The notes: generated from the sequence alone by a model not told the origin. Counted from the first letter of the stretch, positions 12,111 through 25,589 are shown. The stretch is DNA of 64,000 nt from Octopus sinensis (GCF_006345805.1 NC_043011.1:12660464-12724463); one strand, 5' to 3'. A program made the numbers and translations.

Positions 12111-12395
12111 GCATTGAAGGTGTTTATAAGCCATTAAAGAAACACACAAAACCGTTAGATTCACCTCAACATTTAAATTTAATTTGTCAAAATATTCTTG
12201 TCTCTTTGAGACCGCTACCTGTTCACTGACAAAACTTTGACAAAAATATTTTGACAAATTAAATTTAAATGTTGAAGTGAATCTAACGGTTTTGTGTGTT
12301 TCTCAAATGACTTATAAACATCTTCCATGCTGCAATTGTTTTCGTTCCGGCACACGATCTCAGATCAAGTCACTCGCTATGCAAGTACATCTCCG
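12111..12395. repeat. Asymmetric inverted repeat element
   Basis: Arms about 12111-12195 and 12246-12330 with a roughly 50-bp spacer. The right side continues about 65 bp unpaired. Confidence 0.85.
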
Positions 12396-13280
12396 TAATT
12401 AATTTTTATGTTTTTGTAAATAATTTTTTTCACTCTGCAGATGAAAGATCAATTTTATAAAATTATCAAAATATTATGAACAAATTTAGAAACTGAGACA
12501 AAGTAAATATCATTAAGATTTTAATGACAACTATATTTTGCTATATAACAATACGCATAATATTGGTCTTTAAAGAAAAACTGTAGAGAAAGAATTAAGA
12601 TTGAAACAAAATATCACCATTGGAAATATTAAAAAAAAAACCTCTCCAAAAGGATGCATTACAAATTAGTTAACATTTATAGATTTTGTTTATCAACTGG
12701 AAAAAGAAAGTTGTTCCATTTATAAAACTAATTTGAAAGAATATTTTCAAATTAATGACTTTCCTTCAAAATCTCCAATATAAGCAAATATTTTAAAAAA
12801 TATCTGAAAACTAATATTTCAATGTAGACTTTTTGTTTGCAAGAAACTGAAGGCTTCTAGTAGTGATTTGTCTAAAGAATCTGTTGAAATTAGATTGAAA
12901 TTGAGTTCTTATTAATTACAATGATGAGAAAAATCAAAGAAATGATAATTAGTTATCATTACAGGTTGTAAGAAATGTTTATTAAAAACATTTTGAAATA
13001 TTTAATTTTTTACCATTTTCCAGAAATGTTAGTACCATACAAATAAGCACCTCAAAGAACCTGATCAAAACCTCTATTTATATTTCAATCCTCATATGTG
13101 GTTATATTTTGGTTTAAAAACTTATGTATAACAAATGAATTGGCCTCAAGAAGTGAATTCTTGTTAAAATAAAAATTTGTTGAGTGATTTATTTATCATG
13201 TACTTTTTCATCCAATCTTCAACCTTTAAGGAAGCAGAATTTAGCAAGATACTTCTATTATGAAATTCTTTAGACGTTAA

Positions 13281-13504
13281 CCCTTTAGCATTTAAACCAG
13301 CCATATCCGGCCAAAAGTATCCTGCCTGTTTTTTATGTTCAAACTGGCCAGATCTGGTCTCTCACACCAGCCCTACAATATCATTTTAAAAATGAACAGC
13401 TACCTCATCAAAATCTCATAGCTACAAGATTAATGCATGATTAGTTCAAAACAATGTGGATAAAAAAGGATTAATTTCGGCAGAATAATGCGAACACTAA
13501 AGGG
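13281..13504. mobile_element. piggyBac-type MITE
   Basis: TTAA|CCCTTTAG...CTAAAGGG|TTAA. Related internal sequence occurs at 20133-20340 and 22693-23303. Confidence 0.85.
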
Positions 13505-13729
13505 TTAAAAATTAGGATTACTTGCAGAAACATTCCATAATATAACTATTGTCATTCATTGCCTTTTTAGTGCCAGATCATGTTTCATTCAATACACTCA
13601 TCAGCAGCCAGTGGCAAACAGCTTTAATGATGATGATGATGATAGTAGTGGTGGTGGTGGCGGCGGCGGCGGCGGCAGTGGTGGGGGTGGCGCATTCTAC
13701 TTCTGCATCATTACAATTCATCTAATCAT

Positions 13730-14490
13730 TACCCCTGTACAAATGATTTCATTAAATTCATCATCACACAAAGCTTTTGGCTCAATCCTTCACAAGTTGC
13801 TCATAAAATATTCCAATGGTTAATGTGTTATGTAACGACCAACAATATTCAAAGCCTGTAAATGATAGACTGGGGTATCGTTATCTACAGGGATGTGCCT
13901 CCAATCCATTTGATGTCTCAAACCAGTAATAAGCACTGATCTACCGGAACACTATGGTCTCTGGAGAGATATAAACCAAAAGTTGTAGCTGAAATAGTAA
14001 TGAAGATATAGTTGTCTTTATAATATTTAGTATGATTTCAATCTTAATTAGTTCAAAACAGTATTCTTTTAATCTTTTGTAGGCTTCAGTCATGGGACTG
14101 CAGCTATTTTGAGGTGTCACCATCAAAAGTTTTAGCAAATTATATCAATCCCAGTCTGTTGCATATTCTATTGAACCTAGGAGGAAGAACATCATAGTTT
14201 ATCAGAGTGAAATTTGGACTCAGAACATTACTAACCTCCACAAGATATTTTGTCTGACACTTTACCAATTTTGCAAATCCAATCTTTTTTTCTCAGATTG
14301 GATTTACTAAATTGTTGTTTTGATAGCTGCATTAATTTGTAATAATTCATTAACAGGGTGTGTGGCTGATTGTCAAAACTTGTAAATACCAACATTATCA
14401 CACTATAGCATTTCCACATAAAAGAGTGGCATTTCAAATATAAGGTTTCTCCAATATTCAATAAACCTATTATTACACTTGACAATTAGT
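13730..14490 (-). pseudogene. Degenerate LINE (CR1/L1-like) RT remnant
   Basis: Minus-strand MWKCYSV, IGFAKLVKC and FAKTFD resemble WK-x-A-x-V, QxGFR and DFxKAFD, in that order. Confidence 0.45.
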
Positions 14491-14680
14491 CTCCAGAATT
14501 GATTCCAGTTCATACCTAGTTTGTTTCAGAATGGTTATTGTCTATTAAGTTAACTTGTATAACTTCTTAAATAATTTGTATGAAAGAAAAATATATTAAA
14601 ATGCTGTTTCTGTTATATTTTAGCATCTGGCCAGTTTAGACTCAGCATGATCACTACATTCCAGCCATAGCTTTTCAATA

Positions 14681-15060
14681 CTCTCTCTCTCTCTTTTACT
14701 CTTTTACTTGTTTCAGTCATTTGACTGCGGCCATGCTGGAGCACCGCCTTTAATCGAGCAACTCGACCCCGGGACTTATTCTTTTGTAAGCCCAGTACTT
14801 ATTCTATCGGTCTCTTTTGCCGAACCGCTAAGTTACGGGGATGTAAACACACCAGCATCGGTTGTCAAGCAACACACAAACACACACACGCATATATATA
14901 CATATATACGACGGGCTTCTTTCAGTTTCCGTCTACCAAATCCACTCACAAGGCTTTGATCAGCCCGAGGCTATAGTAGAAGACACTTGCCCAAGGTGCC
15001 ATACAGTGGGACTGAACCCGGAACCATGTGGTTGGTAAACAAGCTACTTACCACACAGCC
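14681..15060 (-). mobile_element. SINE family A
   Basis: Near-full-length reverse copy. Confidence 0.9.
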
Positions 15061-15499
15061 ATGTTTAAGACAACAGTGTTCTTTTCCTTTTTTAAGACAG
15101 TTGAGTATTTAGCTGCTGCTTCTAACATACAGTATGACCCTGTAGAGGCTCTCTCGAGGTACACTTCTCTTGTGATTACCTAGCCTGTTTTCTTAGAGCT
15201 TAGTTTATCCATCAATGTGTTTATATAGAAATCTCTTTACTATTTTAGAAGTTTCTTAACTAGCTAAAGATTGTTACCATATTTGATAGGATATAAGATG
15301 TTTATGACACACTTATTTCCTGAAAAAAATTGCTCAGAAAAATTGCCTTGCATTTTAAATGTGAAGTTGAGCCCCCTGCAAGCTAATGTTTTCCTAGGCA
15401 TATTCCATCATTGGCTAACTTTACTGCAGGCATCCACTATTCCAAACTATTAAGTACTTCAACCCAACTCTAAAAAATAAAACATTTATTCCCAGATGT

Positions 15500-16660
15500 T
15501 TTTGTTTTTTTTTGATGAACTGGGCTGTTGCACGAAAACGAAGGCAAAAATTATAGTAAAACAAAGAGCAACCCTTGTATTTAAGCTAAAACGTAATGTA
15601 CCATTCACAGTACTAGAACAGGCAAATAAGGAATTTGAAAGACTTGACAGCCTAGGGATAATCGAGAAGACAGTCTATGTAAAAGCGAAAAATAATAAGT
15701 TATGAATCTGAGCAGATTTTTCAGTGGGTTTAAAGGATTGCTTAAGCTCCCATAACAACCCGTTGCCGACTCCTGAGGAAGTATTTGCAAAGATGAATGG
15801 AGGGAAATTCTTCACAAAATTAGATCTCTCAGAGACATACTTACAAATCCAACTAGAAGAATGCTCACATTTACTAGCCATTAATACACACCATAGCTTA
15901 TTTAAACTTAAGTGGCATCCCTTTGGTGTAAAAGTGGTTCCTTCCATATTTCAGCAAATAATGGATACAGCACTGGGTGACTGTGATTTTCCTATCACCT
16001 ATTTAAACGATATTCTAATAAAAAGCGAATCACACAAACAACATGTAGAACACATAAAAAGGATGTCTGGAAAGATAAGAGATTACAGCTTTAAGCTAAG
16101 TGAAGAAAAGTGCGAGTTCTTTCTGAAAAAACTTAAATATTTGGACCAGATAATAGATAAAAACAGACAGAAACTAGATCCATCCTGAGCAACTGCAATA
16201 ATAAATATGTACTTGTCGAATAATGTGACTATGCTACAAGCATTTTGGGGATTAGTAAATTACTATCAAATTTATATTCCTAAAATAGACAATGTAAGGA
16301 CCCCACAAATGCATTTGGTTATCGTGCCATCTTCCAAACTTTGTTTTCCATTCTTATTTTCCCTAACAAATACATTTTCACCAATTTTGAAATATATTGC
16401 ACAGGAAGAATGCTATACTTGGTAAAAGGAAGAAAATGGGTATACAAGAGACACATAAATCAACTGAAGAAAGATTCATTGAGAGTGAATCCAAGAGACT
16501 GGAAGAACCAGTGGAATGTTTATATGATACTTTTCAAGTACCAATGCTACTACAAATAATTGAACTCAGACGGACAAGGGAAAGAAAAAGAAAATGTATG
16601 GAGTTCTTGGAAGTGGATGCCAAATGGAAAAGTATTAAATTTGTAACTGTATGAAAAAAA
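15500..16660 (+). pseudogene. Ty3/Gypsy LTR-retrotransposon pol remnant (RT, internally deleted)
   Basis: ORF 15724..16188: PLPTPEEVFAKMNGGKFFTKLDLSETYLQI, PFGVKVVPSIFQQIMD, TYLNDILI, KCEFF. Also LQAFWGLVNYY downstream and a YKRHINQL C-terminal motif. Confidence 0.92.
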
Positions 16661-16749
16661 AAGGGAGTTGAGGGGATGTAAAAATTATTGTAAATAAAAA
16701 GAAATAAAATTACACTCCCTGAGTAAAAAAAAAAACTTAAAAGGGGAGA

Positions 16750-16944
16750 TGTTATGGGGAAAATAAAAATAATAATGGAACCCCCCACATGACGAGTGGT
16801 ATGTGCTATTTGTCACAAACACTGTGACGTAGGAAGTTGAGAAGTCGGCGAAGTCAGTTATAGACAGTCATGTTTTACTTGTCTAACTAACTATACTGCT
16901 ATACCAGAGTGGATGTTATAACAGTCTGACGTTGGATTACAACA
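16750..16944 (+). mobile_element. Putative 3' LTR
   Basis: Preceded by a purine tract (AAAAGGGGAGA), begins TGT and ends ACA. No partner LTR was seen. Confidence 0.4.
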
Positions 16945-17189
16945 TTAATGTCAACATTCAACGTACCAGTTGATCCTGGCTTAATAGTATCAATACCGTC
17001 TGTAAGCTCTACAAATTGCATTCAGTTGTCATTTCATGTATTTGGATGCTTTCCATAGTCCGGCATCTTAACTCAATGAGTTTATGATAATAACAAAACA
17101 GTTTCAGCTTTGCAGTAGATACAAAACCAATAACACTAGGTTGGTTCAAAAGCTTATGTCATTTTATCTATGGCCAAATGAAGCAAGAG

Positions 17190-18180
17190 ATTAAGCTATA
17201 CTACGTGCTTCAAACTAATGGTAATAAATTATGCTAAGGAATATGGTAACCGAGTAGCAGCAAGGGTGACCACCACTTACAAAAAAAAAATTATACAATT
17301 CTAGCAGTGGAAAAAAAGGTAACTGCAATCTTCTTTACCCAATCAGAACTTGAGAAAAGATAAGAATGAGGCTAAAAGGTGAAAGAAATTTTGGGAAAAG
17401 TGCTTCTACAAAAATGATAAGTGAAATCAAAAGAGCAAAAGATTCAAAGATTCACAGGAACAGAAGGTTAGTGTTACCTTGCAGGGTTTATCATTGCATA
17501 CAAAAGCATCAATTGCACAGAAAATGCCATCTGATTATGAAAGAAAAAAATTAACTTTTCACAGATTAGTTAAAGTTCCACTAAAATTTAATGTACCCTT
17601 CAGTGATATTGTGAGATTCAAAGGGTCTAAAAGAAGCTTAATAAAAACCATTGGCCATGAAAAAACAATATGCAATACATCTGGCTTGTACTGATAGCAC
17701 AAACTGCTAATGTTTTTAATATTTAGAACACTCAACCTAAAGAATATGTTACAAATGTGCATTTGTTTCTGTTCATTGAAAAGGCTGGAATGATGAAGCT
17801 GGACTGAAACTATGATTACAAAATATATGGCAAGGCATCTAGGAAAACCTGATATGGGATCAGTTTTGAGTACTATAGTACTAAAGCTGTTAAAAAGGTG
17901 GAAGACTTGAAAACCTAGGTATCATTCTTGGTTGACAGATCATCCAGTTGCAGCATTTAGATGTAGTTGTAAACAAGGCTTGTAAGTAAAACACAAGAAC
18001 ACTGGAGCAAGTGGATGAGAGATTGAGATCGACTCACACCCACAAGAAGACTGAAGCAGTGCACCAATTACACAAGTGTGGGTGACTGTACAAATCATGG
18101 GAAAACGACCAGAACAGAAATAACTGCTCAATCTTTTAAGAAACATGGAATTACCAATGTTCTTGATGGGTATGAAGACA
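17190..18180 (+). pseudogene. pogo-family transposase remnant
   Basis: SYTTCFKLMVINYAKEYGNRVAAR (N-terminal DNA-binding domain), KGSKRSLIKTIGHEK, and FKKHGITNVLDGYED (C-terminus). Confidence 0.85.
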
Positions 18181-18629
18181 TGCATTATTTAATGAGAGTG
18201 ATACCAGCTGAAGTGATGATGAGTTTTTAGGTTCTGATGACGAAAAATTATCTTGACCACCAGCATCTCTCTCTCTCCCCCATTTTCTTGCTCTGTTGTT
18301 GTTCATGTTCTGCTGTACTGGTAGCTTACTTTTCATAAAATGTTTTCTGCTTACTTTAACTTTGCAATATTTATATCACTGCTGACTGTTCGTGCAGGAG
18401 ATTTTAATTGTAAATAACTTGTTTGTCTATTGTTATTTCCTGTTTACGTTCAACTGTACTGGTAGCATGCTTTGTTATACAGTCATTTGGTTTGCCTGAT
18501 TTGTTCAATTTTTTTTTGTCTATGATACAAATTTTAATAAATATTAAATTCTAAATACACTAAAAACATATTTCCTGAAAAACTCTGAAAAATGGTGGTT
18601 GTGATGACAGTTGGGGTTATATATGCTTA

Positions 18630-18830
18630 TGCCTACCACCTGACTGGCCCCCGTGCTGGTGGCACGTTAAAAGCACCCACTACACTCTCGGAGTGGTTGG
18701 TGTTAGGAAGGGCATTCAGCTGTAGAAACTCTGCCAGATCAAGACTAGAGCTTGGTGCAGCCATCTGGTTCTCCAGCCCACAGTCGAACCGTCCAACCCA
18801 TGCTAGCATGGAAAGTGGACATAAAATGAC

Positions 18831-18876
<46 letters not shown>

Positions 18877-18877
18877 C
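18630..18877 (+). mobile_element. RTE-type 3' tail fragment with (GAT)n
   Basis: Matches the 3' UTR of the LINE at 45251-45740 (GGAAGGGCAT.CAGCTGTAGAAAC...AACCCATGCTAGCATGGA). Confidence 0.85.
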
Positions 18878-19339
18878 ACCTTCTATGCCATCAAATATGA
18901 TATGTGACTTACAGAAAAAATTCTGCAGATTTGATATTTCTTACAATTGAAATCCATAAACAATATCTTTCAACCTTCATTTTAAACAGCTATTTGAATC
19001 TGAGCAATGTATTCATTCAGCTATTTAACATTTTTAGCTCCAAATTATTCACAAACAGAGCTATAATCAAAATTATTCCCATCAAGCAAAACTAGAATCA
19101 TAAGTATTCCAACCATGACCAATCTGCCTTTAACAAAAGTAGGGTAGGATTTGAAGGAGATTCCCAAACTATTACTTATATTTATCTATTTATTTTATTT
19201 TGGCATGTGATACACTAGAAATATTTTTGAGGGTCAAAAAATTATGAATCACCCAATAAGTAGAAATAATTAAAGAACTATAAAGGATTTTGTATTTTTC
19301 TTTTTTCAAAATATATAAATAAATTTTATTAGAACACAA

Positions 19340-20128
19340 GGATCTTTGTGGTTTTCATCATTGAATGTCGAAATCTTAAAAAAAAAATTAATAAATCATA
19401 TAGATGTAATTTTGATGCTAAATCAGAATTTGTTATTTATTTATTCCAGACAAATTTTGCGAAAATTTTACAGGTGTTCAAAGTTTTATAATTTTCAGAA
19501 TTTTCAGCCAATCAGAAAACAGCGCACTTGCTACCTCTTTTATCATCAGTGGGGGAAAGGGCACTGACGTGTCAAAACATTAAACTAGCTACAGTAAACA
19601 GTAAAAATCATTAAAACATTCGTAAGCAAATTGAATATTTAAAAGCTACACACAAACCGACAGGAGTTACTAGAAATAACAGTTAAAACATTGCTTAAAA
19701 CAGACATTTATTTTTAAAAATTCAAGAATGAAAGTTGGGGCCATCTTGTCACTGTTCTAAAATTTCTATATTATTCTAGAATCGAATTCCTTGTGTTATG
19801 AAGATAAAAGAATTATAAAACACGTGGTGGTTACACTCCCTGTGCGCATTTGCAGCATCTTTGGTTAGCTATGGAACATGAGGTGCTTCTTTGCTTTGGT
19901 TACTATGGGAACAGAGTTCTTTGCCACAGTGATGTGTAAAATACTAGCTCCTGATTGGCTAAAATAACCAAATTTTGCAAATTTTAAAGGCTAATAACCT
20001 TTTAATTGTGGATTTATAGGGGAAAATGAGTTTGATTTTCATAAAAAGTATGCAAAAATTCATCCATATTCCAAATTTGAAAACAATTGGAACAAAATTG
20101 TAAACAGTGATGAAAACCACAAAGATCC
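19340..20128. mobile_element. GGATC-ended TIR element (Merlin-like?)
   Basis: 21-bp perfect TIR GGATCTTTGTGGTTTTCATCA / TGATGAAAACCACAAAGATCC. No clear TSD. Confidence 0.7.
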
Positions 20129-20132
20129 AAGA

Positions 20133-20340
20133 ACCGGCCATATCCGGCCCAAATATTCTAAATGTTTTATATTCAAACTGGCGATATCTAGCCTCTCACA
20201 CCTAACCTACAATGTCATGCTAAAAATAAACAATCACATCACTGAAACCTCAATGCTATAAGATAATGCATGATTAATTCAAAACAATTTGAGTGGAAAA
20301 GTATTATATTTAAGAGAGTAATCTGAACACTAAAGGGTAA
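20133..20340 (+). mobile_element. piggyBac-type MITE, 5'-truncated
   Basis: Homologous to 13300-13504; ends CTAAAGGGTAA. Confidence 0.7.
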
Positions 20341-21867
20341 AAAACAAAGAAACAGGAAAACAGAGTGATAAGAAAGGAAAAGAAAGAGAAGGAAAGAAGT
20401 GTGTGGGGGGTAAAGCAGTGAAAGACGGAGAGGAGGTAGCAATGGCCCACATACCCACATATCCCAGAGCAAATGACATGCTCAGCCGTGCCCTGTGATA
20501 AAGACAGTGATGGTGTTGCCATGGAGAACAGCCATGGACACTATCTGCAGCAGTCACTCTAATTCATGGGGCTCATTTCAAAAATGGGCCACCATTATAC
20601 TTCTTTTGGAAAGGAAGTCAGTAGTACATCTAAAGTATACCTATCAAAAAATTCTATTCTAAATGTTGATTTGCATTATTTCATATTTATTCGAATATAA
20701 TGTCATTACTTTTGCAGCCCATCTAAATACATATCAGAGAATACTAATCTTCCATAATTCACTATTTGGAAAGTATAGGCGCATTCTCCTTCAAAAGTCC
20801 TCTGTGTGTGTTTGCGTCTGAGTAGTCAGCTTCCATAAGTTTTGCCAATCTAATTGACATCTCTAGGTCATTTAAATTGCCAAGCTATAGTTACAAAGTC
20901 AATGTTGAAATCGTTATTCCATAGTCTTTATGCGAGTTATTATTGAATTCATTTTTATTCTTGTGTGTGCTCTCATTGGTAATAATATTATCTTTATGAT
21001 TAAATTTCCTCATAGTTATCTAAAATTGCTTGTAAATTTACTAAGCTAGTTATAATCAACCAATTTCTCCCTCTCTTTACATTTTATATTTTCTTTAAAT
21101 TCTTTTCATTTCATTTAATTTTTCTTTTTTTGTCAACCTGAATTGGCACAAGGCACAAAACAAATGCAATTATAAACTTATCTAAAATCTCCAATATACA
21201 ATAGATTCTTTCGAATTTCATCAGTTTTATAGATTACATTATTAATGGTCTATCCTTTCTTCAACATTTCTGCAGTATTTTCTTCACCAGCATTGTAGTC
21301 ATGCATGCAATCTCTTTCATCATTCCTCTCATTCACTTCCCCACTCATTCACTACACACACACACATTCACACAAACATACACACACACATTCATGAAAA
21401 CACACACACACTCACCCAATAATGTACATATTCTTAATATATATGTTATGTTAGGAAAAGATATAATCATGTTCCAGCTGTATTGAATATAATGGAGTGA
21501 GTTAAGATCATAGCTGGCTGGTAGATGGTATGGGAGGCAGTGAGTCTCTGATATAGCATTCAGTTGATGACCCAAGGTTTCACTTCCACCATACAGAACT
21601 TCCAAATTACCATTTTAAGTTTGTTGGTAAGATTCCAAATATGCTTACATAGCCATCTAAAAATTAGAGACGTTGCTTTACAAGAGATCAACTCAATATC
21701 AAGACATTAGAACTCACCAATTATAAGAGTGTAGATTTCCTCAGTTGAAAACATTCTATGTTCAAAACGATTGACTTCGATTGGACATGCTTTGAGAAGA
21801 CCAAATATGCCACAGGCTACTCTTTTATATCACAAAACATGGTTATAGAGCCTTAATGTGTTGTAGG

Positions 21868-22176
21868 TGGAGGCACATGGCCTAGTGGTTAGAGCAGCGG
21901 ACTCGCAGTCAAGGGATCATGGTTTGAATCTCAGATTAGGCGATGTGTGTGTTTATGAGCGAAACACCTAAGCTCCACGTGGCTCCGGCAGAAGGTAATG
22001 GCGAACTTCTGCTGACTCTTTCACCACAACTTTCTCTCTCACTCTTTCCTCCTGCATCTTGCAGCTCACCTGCGATGGACCGGCATCCCGTCCAGGTGGG
22101 GAACCTATACGCCAAGAAACCAGCAAACCGGCCCTTATGAAACAGGCATGGCTCGAGAAGGAACAAACAACAATAA
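21868..22176 (+). mobile_element. tRNA-derived SINE, family C
   Basis: A-box TGGCCTAGTGG and B-box-like GGTTTGAATC. 13-bp TSD AATGTGTTGTAGG at 21855-21867 and 22177-22189. Confidence 0.92.
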
Positions 22177-22692
22177 AATGTGTTGTAGGAGTTCTGCCAA
22201 AGTCATACATATGTTAATGAGGATCTTCATATCAGATGCAGGGGAGCTGTTGACCTTGGGACGAGTGGCAAAACATGGATTGGCCAGTGTGGAATGTATG
22301 AGATCTCTTACATTATGAACTACCTCTTGATAAAACAGAATCGAATGTCAAAATGGAGGATGATTATAGAATGCTTTTTACCAAGGAGAGTTGTCTTTTA
22401 TGTAAATACTAAAGCTTACCTCCTTGACAGCTTGAACAAGTTTGTCTTTAAACTAAACGCGTTCACATCAAAATGAATTGCGGAATACCATTCATGTGTT
22501 TCACAAAAGCAGAATTATCCATTTAAGATATAAAGAGCTCTTGAATAATTAGGAACTCTTATATCTTTGTACCACTTAACAGATAAAGGTAAAAAAAGAA
22601 TGCTTGTCAAGGGAAGCAGCATACCAAATGATGGAGTGGGGAAAATGAAACAAATATTAAATACGGTAGGAGTGGTAATTAATCCTTCTTAA

Positions 22693-23303
22693 CCCTTCAG
22701 CATTCACGCTATTCTTTCAAAAGTAATGCTATTTATTCATAGTTTTGAATTAGTTATGCATTATCTTGTAGCTTTGAGATTTTGACAAAGTAACTCTCTT
22801 TTACTTGTTTCAGTCATTTGACTGTGGCCATGCTGGAGCACCGCCTTTAGTCGTGCAACTCGACCCTGGGACTTATTCTTTGTAAGTCCAGTACTTATTC
22901 TATCGGTCTCTTTTGCCGAACCGCTAAGTGATGGGGACGTAAACACACTAGCATCGGTTGTCAAGCAATGCTAGGGGGACAAACACAGACACACAAACAT
23001 ACACACACGCATATATATTTATATACATATATACGACGGGCTTCTTTCAGTTTCCGTCTACCAAATCCACTCACAAGGCTTTGGTTGGCCTGAGGCTATA
23101 GTAGAAGACACTTGCCCAAGGTGCCACGCAGTGGGACTGAACCTGGAACCATGTGGTTGGTAACCAAGCTACTTACCACACAGCCACTCCTGCGAGTTTT
23201 TAGAATGACATTATAGAGTTGGTGCGAGAGGCCAGATCTGGCCACTTTGTACATAAAACGTAAAATATTTTGGCCGGATATAACTGGTTTAAATGCTGAA
23301 GGG
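22693..23303. mobile_element. piggyBac-type MITE with nested SINE
   Basis: TTAA|CCCTTCAGCATT...AATGCTGAAGGG|TTAA (12-bp perfect TIR), with SINE A inserted inside. Confidence 0.88.
22794..23194 (-). mobile_element. SINE family A
   Basis: Full-length reverse copy nested in the MITE. Confidence 0.92.
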
Positions 23304-23685
23304 TTAAACTCCATTGTCAATGCAGGACCCTTCAGATTTGCTGAATTGCATGATTTGTGAAAAATTGTGTTCAAAAGGGTCAGAAAGTGTATTGTAATAT
23401 TCAAAATACTCCAAAGTTGTATCACCAGAACTACTGACTAAACCAAATGCTTTGTGGGGTAAGTCCACAAGTATTACAGATGGTGGCTTTTGTTATTTTA
23501 TACTCTTCTTATACAGTTGAACAATACCCCTGATCATATCAGCTCAGCTATGCCTATAGAATAATTGGCTTTGATGTTTAGACAGAACTTTTCTAAAACA
23601 GTCTGCTACATAACAACAATTACACAAATAAATATTTTATCCATAAAGCTTTGAAGTCACATACTTTTTCTTTATTTTTCTATAG

Positions 23686-23775
23686 CTATTGCTACCTTAG
23701 TAGTCATCCTTATGTTTCTAGAACTATTGTTGATTCTGTAACAGTTGTTTATTTGGTAGAAACTCTGATGCTTAT
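23686..23775 (+). CDS. Candidate 90-bp internal exon of an unidentified gene
   Basis: Strong acceptor (TTTTTCTTTATTTTTCTATAG) and donor (GTAAGT), symmetric phase 2, open frame YCYLSSHPYVSRTIVDSVTVVYLVETLML. No homology recognised. Confidence 0.35.
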
Positions 23776-24172
23776 GTAAGTAGTGATGCTGTTGGCATTC
23801 TTTCAATAAATGCAGAAACACTGAAAGAATATAGAATGTGTAACTCCTGTAAACAAATCAACAGTTTTCCAAATTTCAACTGTGAAATTGTTTCTTCCAG
23901 AGTCTTCATGTTTTCCATATTGTAGATAGTGCAGCTAGTTTCTTTAACAGATATGTCACTGTTAACGTCACTGCGACAACATAGAAAATGATATCTTAAT
24001 CTACCTCTGCAGTCTTTGTAACTTTACAATGAGATAAGCCATCTTTAAATATCAATACATATTTGACAACAGATATTGTATGCCTCTTAGTGGGAAGGTA
24101 AAGACTATAAGATCAGATAACTAAGGGCTTATAAAGATTATCTACTATTATATGTTATTTACATCAATGACT

Positions 24173-24675
24173 GTGGAGGCGCAATGGCCCAGTGGTTAGG
24201 GCAGCAGACTCTCGGGCGAAGGATTGCGGTTTTGATTCCCAGACCGGGCATTGTGAGTGTTTATTGAGCGAAAATACCTTAAGCTCCACGAGGCTCTGAC
24301 AGGGGGTGGTGGTGAACCCTGCTGTATTCTTTCACCACAACTTTCTCTCACTCTTTCTTCATGTTTCTGTTGCACCTGCATTTCAAAGGGCCAACCTTGT
24401 CACACTCTGTGTCACGCTGAATCTCCTCGAGAACTATGTTAAGGGTACACGTGTCTGTGGAGTGCTCAGCCACTTGCACATTAATAAATGAGCTGCGACG
24501 TCAATGGTGCCAAGCTGTATCGGCCTTTGCCTTTCCCTTGGATACATGGAGAGGGGAGGTGGTATGGTATGCGTGGGCGACTGCTGGTCTTCCATAAACA
24601 ACTTTGCCCAGACTTGTGCCTGGGAGGGTAACTTTCTAGGTGCAATTCCATGGTCATTCGTGACCGAAGGAGGTC
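24173..24675 (+). mobile_element. tRNA-derived SINE, family D (about 500 bp)
   Basis: Head related to family C (GGAGGCGCAATGGCCCAGTGGTTAGG) but a different body. 12-bp TSD ACATCAATGACT at 24161-24172 and 24676-24687. Confidence 0.88.
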
Positions 24676-25019
24676 ACATCAATGACTAATTTTTGTTGTT
24701 GGGCTGATATATTATTTATCTATAATTAGTAATTTGAACAAGGCCCTCACCACTGTATTATTGATGTGCGAGGTAACCCTGAAAGCTAATGCAATTTTTG
24801 CTAGATGCTGCAAAATGACCAATTTTGCTTTGTACCAGTGGAAGCTTGTTTCGAAATTTTGGCTTCAATTCTTATAATACAGTAGTTTACAACATTCTGC
24901 CTACTTTTCAGGAAAATGATTTAGTTGGGGCCTGGAACTTCAAATGAGAGGTGTAAAACTAACCTCTATATTATTAACCACCAGATGCACTGAAGGTTTT
25001 GTGCTCATATGTAAAGCAA

Positions 25020-25500
25020 AGCTGACCTCGGCAAAATTTAAACTCAGAAGGTAAAGTCAGAAGAAAAGCTGCTGGGACTTAGTTTGGCATGCTAACGATT
25101 CTGCCAGCTCACTGCCTTTATAGTAATAATCCTTTCTACTGTATACACAAGACCTGAAATTTTGGGAAAAACGGGACAGTCAATTATGTTGACCCCAGTA
25201 ATTGACTGATACCTATTATATCAATTCCAAAAGGATGAAAGATAAAGTTGACCTTGGCAGCATTTGAAATCAGAGCATAAAGGTGGATGAAATGCAGTGA
25301 GCTGATGATTCTGCTAGTTTGTTGCATTTATAATGATAATAATAATGAAGATGATGGTTATTGTTTCATATTTTGGTACAAGTCTAGCAGTTTTAAGGAA
25401 AGGGATTTAGTTTGATATCAGTTCTCCAGTAGTTGACTGGTATGTTATTTTATTGACCCTGAAAGGATGAAAAGTAAAAATGACCTCAGTGGAATTTGCA
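25020..25500 (-). mobile_element. Cluster of degenerate SINE family B fragments
   Basis: Three decayed GGATGAAAG.CAAAGTTGACCT-like blocks. Confidence 0.6.
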
Positions 25501-25589
25501 AGCAATATTACGAAGAGGCGACCATCAATCTGATTGTGGTGGTAGCTCAAATCCCACAGACAGTGACAGTAAGATTGTGAAATGTTTTA

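Noticed and set aside
21868-21945. tRNA gene-like sequence (also at other SINE heads)
   Set aside because: Continues into SINE bodies with TSDs and has imperfect cloverleaf stems; a SINE head, not a tRNA gene.
22420-22452. 33-bp minus-strand exon-like segment FKDKLVQAVKE
   Set aside because: Weak acceptor; too short to support without transcript data.
23330-24000. Possible minus-strand APE endonuclease remnant (LICLQE...KVAIAI)
   Set aside because: Motif spacing is too long (about 50 codons) and no GDFN motif was found.
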